64,000 nucleotides of DNA from Flectonema sp. DT1601 (lineage: Eukaryota). The stretch is from the NCBI GenBank assembly GCA_964019425.1, contig OZ025799.1:1178001-1242000 (forward strand), given 5' to 3'. A program made the translations under genes and the position numbers. The notes under the pieces were generated by a model. It did no database searches. It saw nothing but the letters and a program-made list of their open reading frames with translations, and had not been told where the DNA came from. Shown in pieces: positions 44,245 to 52,913 of the stretch; positions within the stretch are counted from its first letter, which is position 1, and every line of letters begins with the position of its first letter.

Positions 44245-46070
44245 AAAAAAAAAAAAGTTGGGTGGATTCAATATGTAAGGGGAAAAGGCAAAAAAATAAA
44301 TTGACATGAAGAAACCTTCAGGTGGACACGTCTTTCATTGCCTTGTTGTTTTCTAAGAGAAAAGATTCTACCCCTCAGCGTATTCGAAGGCAACTTAAAT
44401 TGGTAAATAGCTGGTCAAGTATCACACCTGTTTTTCTTTTTTTTTGAACATCCTGGCCTTCAGAATGGACAAAATAAATAAATAAATAAAGAATTAGGCT
44501 ATCAAAGCAGAGGATCCAATTCATAGCAAGAAAAAAAAAGATTGGTCGCTCTTACTTTTTTTTTCTTCTTCGATTTTTGTGTTTTATATTGTAGAAGCTT
44601 TGGAAGGAGAGATTTCTTTCTAAACATCATTCTCATACATTTTCATTTCATTGCATTTCTTTTTTTTGAAGTCCGTTGAATTCTGTTTTTTCCCGTTTTC
44701 GTTTTATACTGTTCTGTTTTTTTTCTGTTTGGAAAAAAAAAAAAAAAAAAAGAGAGTTATTCTGAACAAGTGGTAATTGTGATCGCAAAATCGTAGGCAG
44801 ATTTTCAATTTGCTCAACATGCAGACGGATTAACACGTATTCAGGTTATCTTTTTGTTATGTAAGAAAGCTTTAATGTTCAAATTCCTCATTTCATTTCA
44901 TTTTCTCTTTATCAATGTTACTTTTTGGTTAAGATTGCTAGACCCTTCTCATTATTGTGTCTTTGAGGGGGAGGGGGACACTTTGTTACAATGAATTTGT
45001 GTTGTAGAGGGAATCTCCCCATGGGGGTTTTTAAAAAAAAAAAATAAACAAATAAACATCCCTACTCAGCTCCACGCTAAGAAGTCTGGTGACGCAAAAT
45101 GCAACAGGAAGCTGTTTGTTTTGGGATTTTTCTTTTCCCTGTTTCCTCTTTAGGGTATTCTTATTGCTTTGGTATTTTCATCGGACAGTTTCCCATCAAG
45201 TTACCCCCCTTTTTTTTTGTTTGCAAAATAACTTTTCTCGTAAGGTCTCTCTGATTACAATCGGACAGCAAGAGTTGGGTAACATGTGTCTGACGTCTTA
45301 AAAAAAAAGAAAAAGAAACGTATCTTCGCACATGAAACTCCTGCTGATCAAAATTATATAAAAAATAATAACAATCCTATCATTTGATTGATTCCTACTA
45401 TTTCACATTATGAACACAACCCTCGCAGAGTTGTTGTTTTGGTGTGCTGACTGGTCTTCGATATATTTGGGCTTTTAATTATAAGTTTGTTGAGACTGTT
45501 TTTTTTTTTTTTTTTTTTTAAAATTTAATTGTTTCCGCTCCTAACCTGAAATGAAAAAAATGAACGAAAAATAATGGATAACTACTTTATGGTGGGGTTT
45601 ATTATTCTTTTGGGTACACACAAACCGGGAGTGGTTTGTGTTTTTTCTCAAAGTTGCCTTCATATCCGGGGCATACAATGTGATAAAGTTTATATATGGT
45701 AACGTATTGTTACTTACTATTTGGCTTAAAGTCACAATCTAAAAACCATTTCTGATTCTCATGCTTTCAGTTTTCTGAGATAGACAAAGAGAATCATAAA
45801 ATGTGGAAAACCGCGGCAAGGAATCCACAGCACGTATGCTTTGTTTTCTTCCTCCCTATTCTTGCTTGGATAAAACAAGCAATCTTGTTTATTATTTTAC
45901 GCTGGCTGCCTTCTTATTTTCTTGCCTTGTCTCGGAAGATGCTATCGAAGGATATTTTATAAGAAGTCTTTCCTCCCGTCACCGTTAATAGACAGCCTTC
46001 GAGTTCTTGATATTGGTAATTTGCGATTAAAAGATAAAAAGAAATTTTTGAATTCTTATAACTTACCCTC

Positions 46071-46125
46071 CTCCCTTTGGTACTCCCTTTGGTACTCCCT
46101 TTGGTACTCCCTTTGGTACTCCCTT
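46071..46125. repeat. Minisatellite (CTCCCTTTGGTA) x4.6
   Basis: Four perfect 12-bp units plus CTCCCTT. Confidence 0.95.
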
Positions 46126-47119
46126 AGAGTTACTCGATGAGTGAACCTCTTCAGAGGAGTATTCTATCTCGTAGCTGGTGCTAACTTGGATGGAAGTATG
46201 TTCTGTTCTTCTTACCTGCCGCTTAGAATTGCTTTGCAATATCCCTTATTAGTCTTTCAGTTACTTGTCACTCACATCACTTATCTTAAACTGGCTGCCT
46301 AAGTGATGTGGTGATGGTTTGTTTTGTTTTTATTGCATTGAATTAAACTTCTGAAGTGACGTTCAATTCTGACTCTTCGGACGTTTGTTTACGTGAGTTG
46401 AGTATTTTATGTTTTGTTAAATCTTTTCCCTCTCCTACTCTAGTAAAGCAAGACAAAATAAAAAGGTGGGGAAATGATACAGTTTCGTCGTGGAAGAGTC
46501 CTTCTCGTCTGGCTGCCTCGCTTCATGGACTCCTTTGTGTGTTCGGTTACTTCTTAACTTACGGTGCAAAAAAAAAAAAAAAAAAAACCATTGCATCCAC
46601 GCTTTTCTTGCTTCATTTGGTTGCGTTTTTTTTTTTCTTTTACATTAAATAAAGTGTGAAAATACTCTTGTTGAATGGGTCGTAAGAATATCTTTTTCCA
46701 AACACCCTGTAAGTTACTTTCTTATTTAACTAATCTTTTGATGTGGTTAAAGTGATTTTCCCCCCCTTTTTTTTTTCTTCCTTTTTTCCATGCTGAGTTC
46801 GAAAGCGGCCACTGCGGGTCCTCTGCTGCTGTAATTACTGACCAGCTAACTAACTTTTTTATTCCCTTCGGGAAATTATGATGAAAAAAAGCAGGTTATA
46901 TACCTGCTGTTGTTGCCCTTTTCAGGTAGTTTTTCATCAAAAGAAAAAAAAGAAAAAAAAAACCACCCAGAGCACAAGATGTGAAGTATTCCTTATGGTT
47001 TACCCATCACTGCTGTGTCACTTCGCAGTGACACAACACAACTCTGTAATGATGTGAGTGTAATGTAGGCTGATCGTTTGTTTAATTCCCATCCTCTCTC
47101 TCTCTCTTAGGTACTTAAT

Positions 47120-49567
47120 ATGCTACCGCGAGATAACAGATCCGTTAAAGATAATCGAAAAGAGAATGAAGGAGGTCTGCTACCCGCTGAAGAAGTCGAG
47201 GCTATGGCTGTAAAGGAAGGATCAAAATGGTATCGAGTTCCTGGAGTACTGATGTGGGACCTTCCACAGACTCTAAGAGAAGTATTGTATGCGAGGGTTC
47301 AGCTTATAAATGCAGCTACTGATATGGGGATTCACTCTGAGTCATGGGAAGCTAAAACAGGAAGGTCAATATTTCAAGAAGGTCGTCTTCTTAATTATGA
47401 TGGAAAGTCTGGATGGGAAATCGGAAACCAATGTCGTCCTCTTCATCAATTAACTTGGCTTCTCTTACACGCTCTTGGAAGATGGACTCCTGGGATTTCA
47501 TACGGTCAAGTTCAGATTACTTGGAATAAATATTCAAAAAAAAAAGGATTCTGCCCAAAGCATAAAGACTGGCTTGGACTTGAAAAAGTAATTTACATGG
47601 TCTTTGGTGCTTCAGCTGATTTTAGTTTTTTTACTACTGAAGCCCCTCATGGTCTTGTTGAAAGACAACACATAAGTAATAAAGTTATAATGCTGACTGA
47701 ACCAGCGACGAAGTCGTTTTTACACGGCGTGTCTAGAGTGACAGGTGAGAGGTACAGTGTTCGGATAGCTGAGGTAAGTTCAAGTGTACACGATTTACAA
47801 TATCGAAAGAGAACAGCACTCGCAGCGGTAGGAGATGATGATAAGCAAATCAAACGACAGAATACAACTCGTCCAGTGTGGAGGTCATCATCAAATTTCG
47901 AATCGAACACTTCATCTCCAAACAGGTCTCTTCGATTGCAAATCGAATCTCAAAAAATTGAAGCGCGCAATGAAACAGATTCAAAAGACATTCCGAAATC
48001 ACAAATACTTTCATTTTTCAAACAAATACTCGACAGTCTTGAAGTTATAAAGAAAAGACTACTATCACAACAGAAATACGAATACGATATCAGAAGTCAA
48101 TCAAAGATTGAATTTTTATCACAAATTCAACATCAATGTCTCTCGTTCGATGTGACTGACATGAACAGACTACGAACATCATGTATAGACTTGATAGACA
48201 GACATCAGGGACTGAATCCCATCTTCGTCGAATTACTGAAATGTATTCCTCCTCCGTATGCTGATGACACAGATGAACGAATCGTTATTCTCCTCAATTT
48301 AAAAAGTGTTTTCGAAGTTGTGAAAATCAATATTGAAAAAATTCAAAAAAAACAAAATATCTGCAAAGAACAACATCGAGAACAGAAATTATCAGCTTTG
48401 ACCAATCTGCTGCAAGCGTATATGGAAATTGATACGGAGCTTGACATGACAAGGCTTCGAGAGGTGGCAATAAGCCTTTTTGAAGCAGTTCACGGCGTTG
48501 ATAAAAAATACACTCCTGAAGTGGTAAGCGATCCAGAAAGAGAATTACTTTTAAGGGCTGCTGATGAAACCGTCAGAGAAGTAGAAAAAATGGTTCGAAG
48601 CTTGTTGGCGTTGCAAGATCGTAACGGAGATGAATCTCGTCATCGAAGAATAGAACTTTTAAAATCGATTTTGAAAGAATACAAGTCCATCCCGAGCAGT
48701 CAGTTAGCTCACATGGTACCAACTCAGAAACTTCGGGAACTCGTTTTTGGAACGCTATCGCGACTGCGACATAGTGGAGAAATATTTAAAACTTTATTGA
48801 GAGATGTAAAACCTGCTGATGATCAAACAGATCAATTCCGAGAACAGATTCACACAATCCTACAAGACACCTACGTACAGCTGTCAGAATCGAGAAATGG
48901 AACTGGGAGGGTATCGAACCAGCGACTCACTATGATAAGAGATGTGATTGAGAGTACTTCTGGAACTGAAATGCTCTACGACAGTTCAATAGCATTGCTA
49001 CTACAATTGCAAGCGTGTGATAAACAATTTGAACCTTTGTTGCAGAGACTTGTCCTACTCCAAGACAAAACATCAAATCAAAGTCCTTATCGCAGAATGA
49101 TAAAGCTTTGCATGTCTGAAGCACTCGATAAAATGGAAACCATGATCCACAGCATGACATTAGTTCAGTCATCATATCCAGACAGAAATAGAGAAAGACG
49201 AATTCAATTCCTAAGTACGATATTAACTGATTACAAACAGACACCACTCAACACAAGTGATAATGATCTTCGTAATATTACTGTTGAGATGTTAGAGAGG
49301 TTGAAGGATTCGGGTGAGTTTTTTAAAATGCTTCTGAAAAGAGTTCCTCCACAGCAGTTCCCAGAGTACATCCCTCCAGAGAATTCCAATGATGAAGAGG
49401 ATGCGTATCTTCCGACAGTTGTTGATGTGCCGACTGTTGGTTGGAGTGATGGTAAAGAGAAAGAGGTGCCTCCTCCACCTCCGCCTCCGCCTCCTCCGCC
49501 ACCACCACCACCACCACCGCCACCTCCTCAGGAATCACAGCGGTCTAATAATTGTGTTATTTCGTAG
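47120..49567 (+). CDS. AlkB-like 2OG-Fe(II) domain protein with helical repeats, poly-Pro and C-terminal CaaX
   Basis: PKHKD (HxD, 47561), MVFGASADFSF, FLHGV (47723), ERYSVR; about five helical repeats; 20 consecutive Pro (49469-49528); ends CVIS*. Confidence 0.7.
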   Translation: MLPRDNRSVKDNRKENEGGLLPAEEVEAMAVKEGSKWYRVPGVLMWDLPQTLREVLYARVQLINAATDMGIHSESWEAKTGRSIFQEGRLLNYDGKSGWEIGNQCRPLHQLTWLLLHALGRWTPGISYGQVQITWNKYSKKKGFCPKHKDWLGLEKVIYMVFGASADFSFFTTEAPHGLVERQHISNKVIMLTEPATKSFLHGVSRVTGERYSVRIAEVSSSVHDLQYRKRTALAAVGDDDKQIKRQNTTRPVWRSSSNFESNTSSPNRSLRLQIESQKIEARNETDSKDIPKSQILSFFKQILDSLEVIKKRLLSQQKYEYDIRSQSKIEFLSQIQHQCLSFDVTDMNRLRTSCIDLIDRHQGLNPIFVELLKCIPPPYADDTDERIVILLNLKSVFEVVKINIEKIQKKQNICKEQHREQKLSALTNLLQAYMEIDTELDMTRLREVAISLFEAVHGVDKKYTPEVVSDPERELLLRAADETVREVEKMVRSLLALQDRNGDESRHRRIELLKSILKEYKSIPSSQLAHMVPTQKLRELVFGTLSRLRHSGEIFKTLLRDVKPADDQTDQFREQIHTILQDTYVQLSESRNGTGRVSNQRLTMIRDVIESTSGTEMLYDSSIALLLQLQACDKQFEPLLQRLVLLQDKTSNQSPYRRMIKLCMSEALDKMETMIHSMTLVQSSYPDRNRERRIQFLSTILTDYKQTPLNTSDNDLRNITVEMLERLKDSGEFFKMLLKRVPPQQFPEYIPPENSNDEEDAYLPTVVDVPTVGWSDGKEKEVPPPPPPPPPPPPPPPPPPPPQESQRSNNCVIS

Positions 49568-49730
49568 TTGGAAATGTTCATTTCTTGTTTTGATTAATCT
49601 TCTCACTCGGTAGTAGTATTGAAGTCTTAATATTAATGTTGGATATCATCTATTCGTTTTGTTATTTTTTTTAAAAAAAAAGTAACTGTATCGCCCTTTT
49701 CTTTGTTCCGTCACTTTGTTCAAACAGCTG

Positions 49731-49859
49731 ACCAGTTAGGTCAGGTCTGGGTTGTTATAAAAATATGTGGAAAAAATTATTTTTGTTCATTTCTTCAGGT
49801 GATGTCTTCTAATTAAATAAATGGACCATTCCTTCTATCCCTACCTGACCTGAGCTGGT
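49731..49859. repeat. ~130-bp segment bounded by imperfect 16/17-bp inverted repeats (MITE-like or hairpin)
   Basis: ACCAGTTAGGTCAGGT (49731-49746) versus ACCTGACCTGAGCTGGT (49843-49859); the interior holds the left copy (49751-49811) of a ~60-nt direct repeat. Confidence 0.6.
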
Positions 49860-49948
49860 GTGGTTTAGTGTGTCGGTGTTGTTGTTCTCATTCCCCTCAT
49901 GTTTCCCTCCTCGCAGTGACTTCATCGAACCCACAACTTCACTAAATA

Positions 49949-50605
49949 ATGTCTATCAAGGTTGTCTACTTTCCGATGCCGGGACGTGCTGAGCCAATAA
50001 GGCTGGCGCTCACCCTGGGAGGGATCAAGTTCGAAGACCAGCGACTGGCTGGGGAGGAATGGGGAAAGATGAAGGCCGAAGTGGCACCGAAACAGCTTCC
50101 GCTTTTGCAAGTCGGAGACAAGGTGTTCGGGCAGAGCGTGGCGCAGTTGAGGTACGCGTCGAAGATTTCGAAGTTCGAGGGACGGGCTCTGTACCCGGAG
50201 GACGCGCTGTTGGCCCTGGAAGTTGATGAGTTCGTTGACATGCTGGGGGACATGTTCGCACCGATCTCTGCTTCGTTCAAGATGGCGGAGGGGGCCGAGA
50301 GGGATGCGGTCCGCTCGAAGGCCGTCACTGAGGGAGGTGATTCGCACAAGTGGCTCAAGGTGATCGACGCGCAGTTAGGGAAGTCGAAGAGTGGCTACGC
50401 GGTGGGCAACCACCTGACAATGGCTGACGTCGCAGTGTTTACGTTCGTGCAGCCCCTGAGATCTGGGTTTGTTGAAGGCGTGCCACTCACCTGTCTCGAC
50501 GGTTTCAAGAACATCATGGCACACAAGGAGAAGATTGCCAGCATCCCGGCCGTGAAGGCCTACTACGCTGAAGCGAAAATGCCGCTGTACAAGATCTACC
50601 AGTAA
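49949..50605 (+). CDS. Cytosolic glutathione S-transferase (sigma-like)
   Basis: YFPMPGRAEPIRLAL, KFEDQRL, QLPLLQV, QSVAQLRY, GNHLTMADV. GC is 36/60 and 37/60 in two counted lines, well above neighbouring genes. Confidence 0.92.
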   Translation: MSIKVVYFPMPGRAEPIRLALTLGGIKFEDQRLAGEEWGKMKAEVAPKQLPLLQVGDKVFGQSVAQLRYASKISKFEGRALYPEDALLALEVDEFVDMLGDMFAPISASFKMAEGAERDAVRSKAVTEGGDSHKWLKVIDAQLGKSKSGYAVGNHLTMADVAVFTFVQPLRSGFVEGVPLTCLDGFKNIMAHKEKIASIPAVKAYYAEAKMPLYKIYQ

Positions 50606-51117
50606 GTTGTTGAGTAACCAAGTTAGGATAAAGGTTAAATTTATATTCTTTTTGAAGTGCAAAGGCGGATCAATTCTTCCTTCGTTCCTATTTCTTCAAA
50701 GTCTCTATTCTCTGTCGTCTCGAACCGTGTGATCCGAACAGAAGGAATGCACGGCAGTTGTTATGAATGAGATGATGAGTTTTGTATGAATGGTGTTATC
50801 TTTTGTTTACGAATTACTATAATTTAATTATTTCTTTGTTGAGCTGTTTTATTTATTTTAGCTACTTCTTTCTTTGAAGTCCCATCGTATGGGAGAAAGG
50901 GAGACGTGGAAGGGAGCCGTTGGCCCCCTCTCCTTGCCCTGCTCCTTCTCGCATGGGTTTTTTCATCCAACGATTTCTAGTCCCTCGTTGGTTTTCCTCC
51001 CTCAGCCTACTAACTCGTATTCTGGCCAAGCTTCCTTTGTCTAGGGCACAAAAAGAAAGTAAAAAAAAAATATAGAAAGTAGGTCATCGACTTGATGACC
51101 TACTTAGCTAGTTGCTT

Positions 51118-51184
51118 GTTGTTATAAAATTGTGGAAAAAATAAAATAATTTTTTTTGTTCTTTCAGGTGAACCTCGTCTTCTA
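51118..51184 (+). repeat. Right copy of imperfect ~60-nt direct repeat (left copy 49751..49811)
   Basis: Shared blocks GTTGTTATAAAA, TGTGGAAAAAAT, TTTTTGTTC, TTCAGGTGA, GTCTTCTA in the same order. Confidence 0.8.
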
Positions 51185-51192
51185 CGATACAT

Positions 51193-51268
51193 CAGTCAAG
51201 GGAACGGACTTGAAACTGTCAGCGGGGAAAGAAGACCCTGTTGAGTTTGACTCTAGTCTGACTTTGCT
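51193..51268 (+). pseudogene. Isolated ~75-nt fragment of eukaryotic LSU (28S) rRNA, domain IV/V junction
   Basis: CAGTCAAGGGAACGGACTTG...TCAGCGGGGAAAGAAGACCCTGTTGAGTTTGACTCTAGTCTGAC matches the conserved 28S segment; no flanking rDNA. Confidence 0.9.
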
Positions 51269-51383
51269 CTGTCACGGAATTATTTGTAATTTTTGTGAAG
51301 CCTCCTAACAAACTCCTTGTTTTCACCCCCTCAGGGACCACACGAGGTAAAGTAACGAAAACACAAAACAAAACAAACCAACA

Positions 51384-51884
51384 ATGGAACCCGACTCATG
51401 TGCATTGATGGAATTCCCAACCAACGTAAACCCGGCAGATGCTCGCACGCGTACCAAAAGTAAAAGAAGCGTCTCAAGTTTCGAAGATGAGTTCTCAACT
51501 CAGGGAATGAGTAGTGAGGAGGGCTCGAGATCATCGACATTTCAAAAGAAACACAAACCAGTTACGGGAGTTCGCTTTAATAATAATGGTGTTGTTGATG
51601 ACATCGGATCACCGAGTTCGTCTTCTAAAGTTAATAAAGTCTTTGTTAAGAAATCCCGTATGACACCAACAGCCTCAACGTATGTTTATTTTATTTTTTT
51701 TTAAAACAAAATTAAACCTTTTATGCTATTGAAGTAAAGAGGATCCTGTCATATGCAATTAGCAAAACAAAAACAAAACAGAACAACTGTTGCAACACCA
51801 GCAACTCAACAGCCGGTTAAAATGAACTCTGGTCTGGAGTTCTCTGATGATTTGATAAAAATGTTAGGTGATCTCACTATTTAG
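51384..51884 (+). CDS. Small hypothetical Ser/Thr-rich protein; exons 51384..51679 and 51782..51884
   Basis: Preceded by TTTCACCCCCTCAG acceptor; intron 51680..51781 (GTATGT...AAAACAAAACAG) gives an open second exon ending GLEFSDDLIKMLGDLTI*. Confidence 0.65.
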
Positions 51885-51912
51885 GGTTTTTTTTCTCTCT
51901 CTTCACAATTTC

Positions 51913-52282
51913 TTCCCCGAGGCTGAGTTTTATTCACAGCTATCGAGGAGTTTGTCAACATCACGTTGGCAAATCATGTTGCTCCTGTTATTCGAGTTTC
52001 CTCCAGCTGTTTGAATGGCTGTCAGAAAAACAACCATTGTTGTGTGACTGGATAGATTCCTTTTTTTTCGGAGCAGGCTCACCGGACAGCTGAGTTTTGT
52101 TCACAGCTGTCTAGGTGACGTATCTTATTTCACGGCCTCTCTTAGTTATTCAAGTCCACTGTATGTTTGGAATGGGTGTCAGAAAAACACCCTCTGTTGT
52201 GTGAATAGTCGGATTTATTTTTTCTTAAGAGCAGGCTTTCCCTGACAGCTGAGTTTTTATTCACGGTTGTTATTTTTGGGAA
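51913..52282 (+). repeat. Diverged tandem repeat (~160-167-nt unit, ~2.3 copies) with conserved hairpins; candidate structured RNA
   Basis: GCTGAGTTTT(A/G)TTCAC block at 51922, 52089 and 52248; TGTCAGAAAAACA...TGTTGTGTGA...GAGCAGGCT blocks occur twice. Confidence 0.8.
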
Positions 52283-52352
52283 AATTATTATAAAAAAAAA
52301 AAACTCTCCTCTCTATCCACAGTTTTCGATGCATCTGACAAAAGTAAAAAAA

Positions 52353-52384
<32 letters not shown>

Positions 52385-52913
52385 AGATGTTGTGGTACGT
52401 GTTAAATATGTGTTAAGAAAAACAAGTAGTGACCCCAAACGCCCTACTCTTTAGATTAGATTCCCAAGTATCATTCGACACCCCCTCTCTCTCATATGCA
52501 ACACTCACCTCTGCAGTTAAAGTGGATTTCGGCATTTAGTATGTTGGCTGCGGGGGGTGAAAGGCTGGTAACTCTCGCCGGTATTCCTGCAATTTTTCCA
52601 ACAAGAAAGAAAGAAATGAAGAAAAAAAAACCACTTTAAAAAAAAAAAAAAAAAAAAAAAAACCACTTTTTGCCAGTTTCCGCTTGTGGTTCGCCACAGT
52701 TTCAGTGCCATTGATTGAGTGCCGTTGATTTACGGATCGGATTGTCTGTCACTTGTCATTTAAGTTGATAAATTTGTGGTTCACTTGTTTTACAGGTCTG
52801 GTAGGTTTTCGACAAGGCAATGAAGTGGAGTATTATGGAAACTGTGTGATGCTAATTTTGTTTATTTCCCTTTTTTTCTCAGGTTAGAAAAGTGTCTTTT
52901 CTTCAAAAACGAG

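Noticed and set aside
46071..46125. 12-bp repeat as CRISPR array or SLWY-repeat protein
   Set aside because: No spacers or cas genes, eukaryotic context; simple minisatellite.
46878..47074. Box C/D snoRNA (ATGATGA, CTGA)
   Set aside because: Box spacing is unsuitable and no rRNA-complementary guide is recognisable.
49922..50662. Four antisense ORFs over the GST
   Set aside because: Expected from high GC3, which depletes antisense stops.
51193..51268. A functional rRNA gene or an intact R1/R2 retrotransposon
   Set aside because: Only ~75 nt of rRNA, no other rDNA and no reverse-transcriptase ORF in the window.
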